Assembly: GCA_021811155.1 (NCBI GenBank)
Contig: JAJZPO010000001.1
Span: 1,683 to 65,682, forward strand
Origin: Bacillota bacterium
Lineage (GTDB): Bacteria; Bacillota; Desulfitobacteriia; Desulfitobacteriales; JAJXUE01
DNA length: 64,000 bases
Direction: 5' to 3'
Shown here: positions 53,585 through 63,435 of the stretch, in pieces
How positions within the stretch are numbered: position 1 is the first letter of the stretch
How the letters are laid out: each line of letters begins with the position of its first letter
The notes under the pieces: model-generated
Seen by the model: the letters and a program-made list of their open reading frames with translations, nothing else
Told to the model about the DNA's origin: nothing
Database searches by the model: none
Translations under genes and position numbers: made by a program

Positions 53585-54769
53585 ATGCAAGAAGTAGTAA
53601 TTGTGGGCGGAGCCCGGACTCCTATCGGCACCATGGGCGGGATGATGAAAGATATTCACGCAGCCGACCTCGGTGCTCATGCTATTAGGGAGGCAGTCAA
53701 CAGGGCTGGCATCAGTGTTGAGATGATTGATGAAGTGATAGTGGGCAATGTTGGGCAAGTAGCGGAAAACGCCTTTATCGCGAGAATGTGCGCACTGAGG
53801 GCGGGACTCCCTGTTTCTTCTACCGCCTTCACCGTCAACCGTTTGTGCGGTTCCGGACTGCAGGCGGTCAACAGCGCGGTTCAGGAAATTCAGTCCGGCA
53901 ATGCCTCCGTCGTGGTGGCTGCCGGTACGGAGAATATGGATTTACTGCCATACTACGTGCGCAAAGGGCGCTATGGTTACCGGTTTGGTCACGACCGACT
54001 CGAGGATGGCCTGTTAACCGCCCTCACCGACCCTTTTGGCAATTACCCCATGGGGGTTACTGCGGAGGTTGTCGCCGAACGTTTCAATATTAACCGCGAG
54101 GACCAGGACCTGTTTGCTCTGACCAGCCAGGAACGCGCAATCCAGGCCATTGATAACGGGTATTTCAAGGATGAAATAGTACCTGTGGAAATCCGGGGGC
54201 GGCGAGGTGAAGTGTCAGTTTGTGACACCGATGAACATCCAAGGCGCGGCACAACACTGGAAAAGCTTGGCGCATTAAAACCTGCGTTTAAACCAGGCGG
54301 TACAGTTACAGCAGGCAATTCATCAGGGATCAACCAGGCTGCAGCGGCAGTAGTGATGATGACGGCCGCGAAGGCCGCGGAATTGGGCTTGCAGCCTCTG
54401 GCTTTTGTGCGAGAACAGGCTGTTGCCGGTGTTGAACCGGAAATCATGGGCTTCGCTCCGGCGCCTGCGGTGAAAAAGGTGCTGCAAAAAGCAGGCTTGA
54501 CTTTGGCCAACATCGATCTAATCGAGTTGAATGAGGCTTTCGCTTCGCAGTCCCTAGCCGTGATTCGCGATTTAGGGGCAGACATGGCTAAGGTCAATCC
54601 GCACGGCGGCGCCATTGCTTTGGGGCATCCTATAGGGGCAACCGGCGCTATCCTGACGGTAAAATCACTGTATGATATGCGGCGCCGCGGCCTGAAACGG
54701 GCTATTGTTACTATGTGCATCGGTGGAGGTCAGGGTATTGCAACAATAATTGAAAACGCTTCGCTATAG
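53585..54769 (+). CDS. Acetyl-CoA C-acetyltransferase (thiolase II type)
   Basis: MQEVVIVGGARTPIG; active-site NRLCGSGLQAV; GHPIGATG; CIGGGQG. ATG 53585 sits behind GGGGGGATGG. Confidence 0.92.
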   Translation: MQEVVIVGGARTPIGTMGGMMKDIHAADLGAHAIREAVNRAGISVEMIDEVIVGNVGQVAENAFIARMCALRAGLPVSSTAFTVNRLCGSGLQAVNSAVQEIQSGNASVVVAAGTENMDLLPYYVRKGRYGYRFGHDRLEDGLLTALTDPFGNYPMGVTAEVVAERFNINREDQDLFALTSQERAIQAIDNGYFKDEIVPVEIRGRRGEVSVCDTDEHPRRGTTLEKLGALKPAFKPGGTVTAGNSSGINQAAAAVVMMTAAKAAELGLQPLAFVREQAVAGVEPEIMGFAPAPAVKKVLQKAGLTLANIDLIELNEAFASQSLAVIRDLGADMAKVNPHGGAIALGHPIGATGAILTVKSLYDMRRRGLKRAIVTMCIGGGQGIATIIENASL

Positions 54770-54830
54770 GCGGCGCCGGAAAACACTGCCCACCCATTGG
54801 GATGCTCCGACTAAACAGGTGGTGATTTAA

Positions 54831-56330
54831 ATGAGCAATGCAGTGCAAATGAACAACATTACCAAAAGTTTTTCGGGTATTGCGGTGCTAAACGGCGTTG
54901 ATCTTACAGTGGCGGCAGGCGAAGTCGTTGCTTTGATGGGCGAAAACGGTGCCGGCAAGTCTACTCTGATGAAGATTTTGTGCGGTGTGCACGAACCGGA
55001 CAGCGGGTCTATTTTCGTCAACGGTAAGGAAGAGAAAGTTCCCACTCCCAGGAAGGCCTTCAGTATCGGTATCAGAGCCGTACACCAGGAACTAAGTCTG
55101 GTAGACCACCTTACCGTGGCATCCAATATCTTCCTTGGGCAGGAACCATCCCGCTTTGGCTTCATTGACCATGCGAAGATGCAGCAGATGTCCCAGGCAA
55201 TTTTGGATAGAAACGGATTTGAACTGGATGCTGGTCACAAAGTTGGGGATCTAAGTATTGCAAACAAGCAATTGGTGGAAATTGCCAAGGCAATTTTTGA
55301 TGACACCAAAACCCTGATTCTCGATGAACCAACCTCGGCTTTGACCAAAAAAGAAGTTGAAAGACTGTTTAAGGTAGTCGCCTTACTAAAGCAAAAAGGT
55401 GTTTCCATCGTCTACATTTCCCATAAATTAAATGAAGTGGTCCAAATTGCCGACCGTGTAGTTGTCTTGAAAGACGGGCAGAACTCCGGGGAATTGCCCA
55501 TAGAAAACGTTACCGAGGACAAGATTGTCAGAATGATGGTAGGGCGCGACATTGTTTATAGTCACACGGGAGCAGGCAAAGTATCTGATGAAAGTGTGTT
55601 AAAGGTCGAAGGAGTCAGCAGCATCGCTGTGAATGACATTAATTTCGACCTGCGCAAAGGTGAAATCCTCGGGGTGGCTGGATTAATGGGTTCTGGCAGA
55701 ACTGAACTTCTGGAAACACTGTTTGGAAAACGCAAGCTATTACAGGGTTCGGTATGGCTCAAGGGACAAAAGATAAACAACGCCTCACCCAGGCACTCGA
55801 TTAAAAGCGGTTTTGCTTTTGCTACAGAAGACCGTAAAGGAAACGGGCTGGTCCTGGATATGTCTGTCAAGCGGAATGTCTCGCTCCCCAGCCTAAACAG
55901 GTATGTTAAGTTTGGTTTTATCAATGAGACGGCCAGGACAAAAAACTCGGAAGAGAATGTGCGCAGTTTTAATGTCAAGACATCAGGCGTCAATCAATTG
56001 GTGCGGAATCTAAGCGGCGGAAACCAGCAAAAAGTGGTCCTGTCCAAATGGATTAATATTAGGCCAACGATTTTCCTGATCGATGAACCTACCAGGGGGA
56101 TTGATGTAGGGGCAAAAGCCGAAATCTACCAACTACTGAGGAATCTAGCTTCCGATGGCATTTCAATTATCATGGTTTCTTCCGAACTGCCGGAGATTTT
56201 AGCCCTGAGTGACCGTGTCCTGGTCATGAAAGGTGGCAGTGTGGCAGGAATTTTGGACCGCAGTGCTGCCAGCGAGGAGTCGGTATTGATGTTGGCGACA
56301 AAGGGGGAGAACCTGAATGGCAACGGCTAA
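54831..56330 (+). CDS. Sugar ABC transporter ATP-binding protein (RbsA/MglA-like, duplicated ABC domains)
   Basis: Two Walker A sites (GENGAGKST, GLMGSGRTE) and two signature motifs (second: LSGGNQQK). 499 aa. Confidence 0.9.
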   Translation: MSNAVQMNNITKSFSGIAVLNGVDLTVAAGEVVALMGENGAGKSTLMKILCGVHEPDSGSIFVNGKEEKVPTPRKAFSIGIRAVHQELSLVDHLTVASNIFLGQEPSRFGFIDHAKMQQMSQAILDRNGFELDAGHKVGDLSIANKQLVEIAKAIFDDTKTLILDEPTSALTKKEVERLFKVVALLKQKGVSIVYISHKLNEVVQIADRVVVLKDGQNSGELPIENVTEDKIVRMMVGRDIVYSHTGAGKVSDESVLKVEGVSSIAVNDINFDLRKGEILGVAGLMGSGRTELLETLFGKRKLLQGSVWLKGQKINNASPRHSIKSGFAFATEDRKGNGLVLDMSVKRNVSLPSLNRYVKFGFINETARTKNSEENVRSFNVKTSGVNQLVRNLSGGNQQKVVLSKWINIRPTIFLIDEPTRGIDVGAKAEIYQLLRNLASDGISIIMVSSELPEILALSDRVLVMKGGSVAGILDRSAASEESVLMLATKGENLNGNG

Positions 56331-57297
56331 AAACCGGCAGAGGGCAGCTAGAAACGTATTTTTGCAGAAGTGGGATGACTTGGGCAATATCCGGGGCTTG
56401 ATCGCGGGACTGTTGGCTCTGGTTATTCTGTTCAGCTTGAAGACTGGTTTTTTCCTGACACAGAACAACTTGATCGCAATTTCGGACCAGATTACCACGA
56501 TCGGCATCCTGGCCCTTGCTATGACCTTTGTAATTTTGTCCGGCGGAATTGATCTGGGTGTAGGTTCTGTCGTAGCCATGTCAGGTGTGCTTATCACGTA
56601 TTTCATGAGTCAAGGCATGGGGATGGTTCAGTCCATTCTACTCGGGGTTTTGCTCTGTACCATCATGGGTAGCCTGACAGGGGTAGTGATCACAAAATTC
56701 ATGCTCCAGCCGTTTATCGTTACTCTGGGTACTATGGGCGTTGCCAGAGGGGTGGCCATGGTAGTCTCTAACGCCAGCCCCATAACCCAGGTTACAGATG
56801 GTTTCAGCAATCTCGGCAGTGGCAGGATTGGCGTTATCCCTAACCCGGTACTTATTTTCGTCGTGTTGATTGTCCTCACTGTAATCCTTCTAAGGAAGAC
56901 GAAATTTGGTGAGTACACCTACGCCATCGGCGGCAACGAAGAAGCTGCCAGGCTAGCCGGCATACCCGTTAATTTCTACAAAATACTTATCTATACTTTG
57001 TCGGGATTCCTGGCAGGCTTTACCGGGTACTTGATGGCTTCCAAGTTTAACTCCGGCGTACCAACTCTTGGACAAGGGTACGAACTTGATGCCATTGCGG
57101 CCGTTGTCATCGGTGGGACTGCGTTATCGGGTGGAATAGGAGGAATCGGGGGAACCATCCTTGGGGTACTGATTATGGGGGTTCTAAACAATGGACTAAA
57201 CCTCATGGGGGTATCTGCCTACTGGCAGTATATTATAAAAGGCCTGCTGATCATTGTCGCTGTAATCATTGATAGCTACACCAGGAAAAAGAGGTGA
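56317..57297 (+). CDS. Sugar ABC transporter permease (RbsC-like)
   Basis: 326 aa, polytopic, with GGIDLGVGSV motif. 14-nt overlap with the ATPase gene. Confidence 0.88.
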   Translation: MATAKNRQRAARNVFLQKWDDLGNIRGLIAGLLALVILFSLKTGFFLTQNNLIAISDQITTIGILALAMTFVILSGGIDLGVGSVVAMSGVLITYFMSQGMGMVQSILLGVLLCTIMGSLTGVVITKFMLQPFIVTLGTMGVARGVAMVVSNASPITQVTDGFSNLGSGRIGVIPNPVLIFVVLIVLTVILLRKTKFGEYTYAIGGNEEAARLAGIPVNFYKILIYTLSGFLAGFTGYLMASKFNSGVPTLGQGYELDAIAAVVIGGTALSGGIGGIGGTILGVLIMGVLNNGLNLMGVSAYWQYIIKGLLIIVAVIIDSYTRKKR

Positions 57298-57398
57298 TGC
57301 CCCTTGCATCGGATGAACATGGAGGGAGTGATGAGAGCAGGATACGGGAGTGCAGAGCTCTTGATGGTGAGATTTGATTAAAGCGAGGAGGTAATGAA

Positions 57399-58535
57399 GT
57401 GAAAAAAGGTATTAAAATGATCACGGTGCTGTTAGCGGTGATGGTTGTGCTTTCTGCCTGTGGCACAGCCACTACACCAAGTGGCAGCGGTGACAATGGA
57501 AGCCAAAAGAAAACAGTTACTTTGGACTTTAATGGCAGAAAATTGAGTTCCGATGACGTATTTAAACTTGGCGAAATTCCGGGTCTGGGTATTGTCCACA
57601 CCAAAAAGCAGGGTCTCAAAATTGGTATGACAGTTTCGTCCCTGGAGTTTCCGGTTTTCGGTGTGATGCGAGATTTTGCCAAGACGCTGGCAGAAGCCGA
57701 CGGCAACCAATTCATATTTGTTAACGGCGAAAATGACATTGCCAAACAGGATGCGGCTCTTGACAACTTCATCACCCAAAAGGTCGATGTTGTAATCATC
57801 AACGCTGTGAACCCTCCGGCACAGCTGAAATCCTTACAAAAGCTGTTTGACGCTGGTATTAAGGTAGTTGCCCTAGACCGGGCCTTTGATACCGACAAAG
57901 TAAACCACGTGCTTGGCGATGACGAACAAGAGGGAAGAAATGCAGCAGACACCATCGCCAAGGCCCTTGACGGCAAGGGCAACGTGGTGGAGGTCACCGG
58001 ACAGCCTGGCGTTTCTCATGCCAACGACAATGCCAGAGGTTTTGCTGATGAACTGTCCAAAACCCCGGGATTGAAAATTGTAGCGCAGCAGTCCGGCAAC
58101 TATCAGAGGGACAAATCCTTTAACGTGATGCAGGATATTCTCAATGCCAACCCCAAAGGATCAATCCAGGCGGTCTTTGCCCACAACGACAATTCTGCTT
58201 TGGGCGCTCTTGCGGCCATCGAAGCTGCGGGCCGGGCTAAGGAAATGATCGTGATCGGCGGGGATGCTGATCAGGATGCTCTAAAGGCTATCAAAGAAGG
58301 CAGGATGTACGGCTCTGATGACCGTTCGCCAAGTATCATGGGAGCTACTGCCTATGAGGTGGCGGCCGAGATTCTGAACGGTGACGGAGGCAAGTTGCCG
58401 TATGCTATCCTGGTACCCCCTGTTATGATTACAAAGGACACCCTTGACCGGGCCAATGACCCATTCATGGCTTTGGAGCAGCACCAAAAGAAAATTATTA
58501 ACACCTTGGCCGATTATCAGGCACGCCAAAAATAA
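57399..58535 (+). CDS. Sugar ABC transporter substrate-binding lipoprotein (RbsB-like type I PBP)
   Basis: Signal peptide with lipobox (VVLSACG) and a PBP type-I fold sequence. GTG start behind GAGGAGG. Confidence 0.85.
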   Translation: MKKGIKMITVLLAVMVVLSACGTATTPSGSGDNGSQKKTVTLDFNGRKLSSDDVFKLGEIPGLGIVHTKKQGLKIGMTVSSLEFPVFGVMRDFAKTLAEADGNQFIFVNGENDIAKQDAALDNFITQKVDVVIINAVNPPAQLKSLQKLFDAGIKVVALDRAFDTDKVNHVLGDDEQEGRNAADTIAKALDGKGNVVEVTGQPGVSHANDNARGFADELSKTPGLKIVAQQSGNYQRDKSFNVMQDILNANPKGSIQAVFAHNDNSALGALAAIEAAGRAKEMIVIGGDADQDALKAIKEGRMYGSDDRSPSIMGATAYEVAAEILNGDGGKLPYAILVPPVMITKDTLDRANDPFMALEQHQKKIINTLADYQARQK

Positions 58536-58650
58536 TTAGGTTTTTCCCCTCCTTTACTTATTGGAGCAAGCGGCGGATCCGCACAAGGGTCCGCCGTGCT
58601 TCACCCTTTTTGCGAAGCGTAGAAATTTAATGCCAAGGGAGGAAGCACCA

Positions 58651-59421
58651 TTGGGACGCTTGGATGACAAAGTCGCAATTGTAACCGGCGGGGGATCGGG
58701 TATCGGCCGGGGAATTGCGAAAATGTATGCTTCAGAGGGTGCAACCGTGGTAGTGGCAGATATTAACCCGGAGGCGCAAAAGGTAGCGGATGAGATAGCT
58801 GAAAAAGGCGGAAGAGCGTTATTTGAGCTCGCTGACGTGTCTGCATCCGCAGATGCTGAGCGCGTGGTAAAAACCACTATAGCGAGATTCGGCAGACTTG
58901 ACATACTGGTAAACAATGCGGGCATCGAGCTGACCAAAAGCCTGCTGGAAACGCAAGAAGAGGAGTGGGACAAGGTCGTCCGAATCAATTTGCGGAGCGT
59001 CTTTCTCATGTCCAGATTTGCGGCAGACCATTTTGTCCATGCGGGTGGGGGCGTAATCATCAACATGGGATCAGTCACGGCAAAGGTAGGCTTTCTGAAT
59101 TACCCAGCCTATACGGCTACAAAGGGAGCTATTCATGCTTTCACGAGACAGATGGCCATGGAATTGGCCCAGTATAAAATCCGGGTTAACGTGATTTTCC
59201 CGGGCACAATCAGGACTCCATTGGCGATACGCAATTTTCTTTCGACAAACCCTGATTTGGAAGCGGCATTGGCGGAAAGCGCTGCGCTGCATTTGACAGG
59301 TAGAATAGGCGAACCTGAGGACGTGGCTTACCTGGCCGTTTATCTGGGATCAGAAGAGTCATCTTTTGTCACCGGCCAGGAGTTCGGTGTAGACGGAGGT
59401 TTTACTATCAAAGGAACTTAG
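58651..59421 (+). CDS. Short-chain dehydrogenase/reductase (SDR)
   Basis: TGGGSGIGRG cofactor motif, NNAG, catalytic YTATKGA (YxxxK). SD GGGAGG then TTG 58651 (ATG 58630 is an alternative). Confidence 0.88.
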   Translation: MGRLDDKVAIVTGGGSGIGRGIAKMYASEGATVVVADINPEAQKVADEIAEKGGRALFELADVSASADAERVVKTTIARFGRLDILVNNAGIELTKSLLETQEEEWDKVVRINLRSVFLMSRFAADHFVHAGGGVIINMGSVTAKVGFLNYPAYTATKGAIHAFTRQMAMELAQYKIRVNVIFPGTIRTPLAIRNFLSTNPDLEAALAESAALHLTGRIGEPEDVAYLAVYLGSEESSFVTGQEFGVDGGFTIKGT

Positions 59422-59440
59422 TCCAAGGGAGCGATGAAGT

Positions 59441-60295
59441 TTGAACTTACCGAAAAAAGGCAAGGACTTGGTGGGTGAGATTAGCGCTTATCGGGTCCCG
59501 ACGGGCGGATTGGCGATCTGGCACTTAAACCAGGCAGGATTTGTGGTCAAGAATCAACAAGTGATTATTTACATTGACCCCTATTTGTCGAATGACCTGG
59601 TAAACGCAACACGAGGCATGCCGGACCAGCATACCAAAATATATGAACCCCTGTTGAAGGGCTCTGACATTGACAATGCGGATTACGTTTTATGCACCCA
59701 TGATCATTTAGACCACCTTGATCCCACTACTGTTTTGGAAATTTCCCGAGCTGCCGAAAAGACAAGGTTTGTCGTGCCGTTTCAGGCCGGCAGAACAATG
59801 CAAGAGTTGGGTATCGATACGAAACGCATTATCTATCTTGACGCCGGCCAATCGCTCTCTTTGCCTGACATGACAGTGACCGCCTTGAAGGGAGCTCACG
59901 AGAGTTTTGACCAAGATGAGCAGTTCGGCTTTGCCTACCTTGGTTACCATATAACTTTGGGTGAATACCGTATTTTTCATGCCGGTGATACTGTTCTGCA
60001 TTCCGAATTGGTTGAAACAGCCAAAAAGCATCCAGTTGATGTAGCATTTTTGCCAATCAATGGCAGGGAGTATCACAAGCTGCAAAAGAACATCCGGGGC
60101 AACATGAATTTCAAAGAAGCAGCTGACTTCGCGGTGGAACTGGGCGCCGATATAGTGATTCCGTGTCACTGGGGGATGCACTATGAAAATACTGAGAGAC
60201 CGGGGAATTTTGTCGACTATATCACTGAACGATATCGTTTTCAGAAATTCCGGGTCATGGTACCGGGAGACAGGCTTATTTATTTTAGGGATTAA
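59441..60295 (+). CDS. MBL-fold metallo-hydrolase (UlaG/lactonase-like)
   Basis: CTHDHLDHLD (HxHxDH) zinc motif. 284 aa. TTG start behind AAGGGAG. Confidence 0.75.
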   Translation: MNLPKKGKDLVGEISAYRVPTGGLAIWHLNQAGFVVKNQQVIIYIDPYLSNDLVNATRGMPDQHTKIYEPLLKGSDIDNADYVLCTHDHLDHLDPTTVLEISRAAEKTRFVVPFQAGRTMQELGIDTKRIIYLDAGQSLSLPDMTVTALKGAHESFDQDEQFGFAYLGYHITLGEYRIFHAGDTVLHSELVETAKKHPVDVAFLPINGREYHKLQKNIRGNMNFKEAADFAVELGADIVIPCHWGMHYENTERPGNFVDYITERYRFQKFRVMVPGDRLIYFRD

Positions 60296-60335
60296 AGATC
60301 TGCAGTGGGCAACAGGATGTTGGAGGGGGTAAACC

Positions 60336-61184
60336 ATGACAATCAACAATACGGCAGTCATCGGAGCAGGGCTCATGGGGACCGGTATTGTGCAAGTTAT
60401 TGCTGAAGCGGGTTATCAGGTTGTCTGGGTAGACATTTCGGCCGAACAACTGTCCAAAGGCTTTGACAATATATCGCGGCAATTAAACCGTAAGCTGGAA
60501 AAAGGCAAGTGTGAGAAACAACACGTGGACGCTACCTTGGGCCGGATTAGCCTCGCCGGTACCCTAGAGGCAGTAGGTTCGGCAGATCTTGTGGTTGAAG
60601 CAGTGCCGGAAGTGATGGAACTTAAGAAGAGTATTTTCCGGCAGCTGGATGAAATTACACGGAGCGACACGATTTTGCTCTCCAATACATCAGGACTGTC
60701 TATTTCAGCACTTGGCGCTGTTACCCATAAGCCTGAAAAGGTAATTGGGGCCCATTTCTTTTACCCTGCTCCGTTAATGGGACTTGTGGAAGTCATTCCC
60801 GGACTTCTTACGGCCCGGGAAGTCTTCAATACAGTTATGGAGTTTAGTCGCAGCTTGGGTAAGGAACCGGTAGAATGTAAGGATTTCCCGGGATTCATTG
60901 TTAACCGTCTTCTGGTTCCTATGGTGAACGAGGCGATTTTTCTACTGATGGAGGGAATCAAGCCTGAAGATATAGACACTGCTATGAAACTGGGAGCCAA
61001 CCATCCTATGGGGCCCATTGCTTTGGCTGACTTTGTCGGCCTGGACACATTGCTGGCAACTATGCAGGGACTTTATGAGGGTTTTCGCGGTTCCAAATAC
61101 CGGCCGTGTCCCCTGCTGATCAAGATGGTTGAAGCCGGAAACCTTGGGCGCAAGACGGGCAGGGGTTTTTACAACTACCAGTAG
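60336..61184 (+). CDS. hbd: 3-hydroxyacyl-CoA (3-hydroxybutyryl-CoA) dehydrogenase
   Basis: AVIGAGLMGTGIVQV Rossmann motif, SNTSGLSI, PGFIVNRLL, NHPMGP. Confidence 0.9.
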   Translation: MTINNTAVIGAGLMGTGIVQVIAEAGYQVVWVDISAEQLSKGFDNISRQLNRKLEKGKCEKQHVDATLGRISLAGTLEAVGSADLVVEAVPEVMELKKSIFRQLDEITRSDTILLSNTSGLSISALGAVTHKPEKVIGAHFFYPAPLMGLVEVIPGLLTAREVFNTVMEFSRSLGKEPVECKDFPGFIVNRLLVPMVNEAIFLLMEGIKPEDIDTAMKLGANHPMGPIALADFVGLDTLLATMQGLYEGFRGSKYRPCPLLIKMVEAGNLGRKTGRGFYNYQ

Positions 61185-61213
61185 AATGCTGAGGAAGCGA
61201 GAAGAGATACACC

Positions 61214-62791
61214 ATGAAAAACAAGCTCGTTCCGGTAGAAGTGGCAGCAGACTATATTAAGAGCGGCCATACCTTGGCGACCTGCGGATTTACCCTGATG
61301 GGGGCATGTGAAACTATCCTGACAGAGGTTGAGAAGCGTTTTTTGACCACGGGAAATCCCTCCGGACTTACCCTGTTGCATGCAGCAGGCCACAGCGACC
61401 GTGTTAATGGCATTCAGCACCTGGCCCACAGAGGTTTGGTAAAAAGAATTGTCGGCTCCCATTGGGGCCTGGCGCCTCTTTGGGGCGAATTGATCCATGA
61501 TAATGAAGTTGAGGCTCATTGCTTGCCCCAGGGTCAAATGGTCCATCTGTTCAGGGCTATGGCCTCAGGGAAGCCGGGTAACTTCTCCAAGGTGGGACTC
61601 GGAACCTTTGTCGATCCCAGGCTTGAAGGTGGCATGATGAACGAGCAGGCCCGGGAGCATGGTCCTTTGGTGGAAGTCATAACTATTGGCGGCGAGGAAT
61701 TCCTTTTTTACAGGGAGATTCCAATTGATGTGGCTCTCATTCGCGGCACCACGGCCGATGAAAATGGCAATATCACCATGGAAGAAGAGGCGATTAAGCT
61801 TGAGGCCATTTCTATTGCCCAAGCGGTAAAAAGGTATAACGGCAAGGTGATTGTTCAGGTCAAAAATTTTGCCCGCTCAGGGACCCTACACCCCAAAGAT
61901 GTAGTGGTTCCAGGGATTTATGTAGATGCGGTGGTGCTGGCCCAGTCGCCGGAAAGAGAGCACCGGCAAACCGCAAGCGCCTTTTTTGACCCGGCCTATG
62001 CGGGGAATCTGAAGATCCCGGCTGCGGTAATTGACCCGATACCGCTCGATATCCGCAAAGTAATTGGGCGCAGGGGTGTAATGGAACTGTCGCCAGGCGC
62101 CATTGTAAATTTGGGTACCGGAATTCCAGGCGACACAGTCGGGCCTGTTGCCAGTGAAGAAGGGATTTTGGAAGACATTTTTCTTACCGTTGAGTCTGGA
62201 GTAATCGGTGGCATACCGGCTGGCGGAACGGATTTCGGCATTGCTAAAAATGCTGAGGCTATTATTGAACATGGCTATCAATTTGATTACTATAACGGGG
62301 CCGGAGTGGACATAACCTTTATGGGAATGGCCGAAGCGGATTCACTTGGCAGTGTCAACTCAAGCAAATTTGGCAGTCGGGCTGTCGGCTGTGGCGGATT
62401 CATTGACATTACCCAGCCGGCAAAAAAAGTAGTTTTTCTTGGGACCTTTACTGCCGGTGGGCTTGAGGTTGGCATCGCGGATGGCAAGCTGCGAATAATC
62501 CGCGAAGGGAAGATCAAGAAGTTCCTCAGGCAAGTAGGCCAGGTTACTTTTAGCGGTCAATATGCCGTAGCAGTGAAGCAACCGGTCTATTACGTAACGG
62601 AACGGGCTGTGTTTGTTTTGACCGGCGAGGGTATTAAGCTCATTGAATATGCCCCCGGGATTGACATTGAAAAGGATATTTTCGCCCAGATGGAATTCCG
62701 GCCGCTAATAGCGTCAAATCTGCGCTTGATGTCTCCCGAGATTTTTTTGGCCCGGGCTATGGGTTTCATAAATCAGTTTTATAGCAGCTAG
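61214..62791 (+). CDS. Fused-subunit family I CoA-transferase (acyl-CoA:acetate/3-ketoacid, YdiF-like)
   Basis: 525 aa, with alpha- and beta-like halves in one chain. Central TVESGVIGG contains the expected catalytic Glu context. Confidence 0.8.
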   Translation: MKNKLVPVEVAADYIKSGHTLATCGFTLMGACETILTEVEKRFLTTGNPSGLTLLHAAGHSDRVNGIQHLAHRGLVKRIVGSHWGLAPLWGELIHDNEVEAHCLPQGQMVHLFRAMASGKPGNFSKVGLGTFVDPRLEGGMMNEQAREHGPLVEVITIGGEEFLFYREIPIDVALIRGTTADENGNITMEEEAIKLEAISIAQAVKRYNGKVIVQVKNFARSGTLHPKDVVVPGIYVDAVVLAQSPEREHRQTASAFFDPAYAGNLKIPAAVIDPIPLDIRKVIGRRGVMELSPGAIVNLGTGIPGDTVGPVASEEGILEDIFLTVESGVIGGIPAGGTDFGIAKNAEAIIEHGYQFDYYNGAGVDITFMGMAEADSLGSVNSSKFGSRAVGCGGFIDITQPAKKVVFLGTFTAGGLEVGIADGKLRIIREGKIKKFLRQVGQVTFSGQYAVAVKQPVYYVTERAVFVLTGEGIKLIEYAPGIDIEKDIFAQMEFRPLIASNLRLMSPEIFLARAMGFINQFYSS

Positions 62792-62857
62792 AATTCATAA
62801 TGTGGACGGCGTAAGAGATAACTGCCGGGTTTTCCGTCTTCGGCAGGGGAGGAAACA

Positions 62858-63358
62858 GTGGAGGCGATACTGACGCGCAGAAGTATCCGTAAGTTTGAGG
62901 CGCAACCGGTTCCGGCTGAGACGATCAACGAGCTTTTACAGGCGGCCATGTGCGCTCCTTCAGCAAGCGATGAGAGACCGTGGCATTTTGTGCTGATCGA
63001 TGACCGCAATATCTTTGCTCAAATACACAAATTCCATCCATTTGCCCAGGCCCTAAAAACGGCTCTGTGTGCTATCCTGGTTTGCGGCGACGAAAGACTG
63101 GAAAAAAACAAGGGATTTTGGGTTCAGGATTGCGCTGCGGCAGTAGAGAACATTTTAATTGCTGCCCAGGCTAAAAAGCTAGGGGCTACTTGGTTGGGAG
63201 TGTATCCTTTAAGTGAGAGGATTGAACCGATGCGCAAGCTCCTACATATTCCAAACCATGTCCATCCTTTCGCACTGATTCCGGTTGGGTTCCCGGCGGA
63301 GCAAAAACCTCCAGTCAACAGATTTGAAAGTACCAGGGTTCACTTCAATAAGTGGTAA
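62858..63358 (+). CDS. Nitroreductase-family flavoprotein
   Basis: ILTRRSIRKF N-terminal signature, 166 aa. GTG start behind GGGGAGG. Confidence 0.85.
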   Translation: MEAILTRRSIRKFEAQPVPAETINELLQAAMCAPSASDERPWHFVLIDDRNIFAQIHKFHPFAQALKTALCAILVCGDERLEKNKGFWVQDCAAAVENILIAAQAKKLGATWLGVYPLSERIEPMRKLLHIPNHVHPFALIPVGFPAEQKPPVNRFESTRVHFNKW

Positions 63359-63435
63359 GAGGATAACATTTAGTATGGGGATTGCGGGGTGGCATGGTAC
63401 GTGGCACTGAGATCGGATTTTGCATCGACCGGCCT

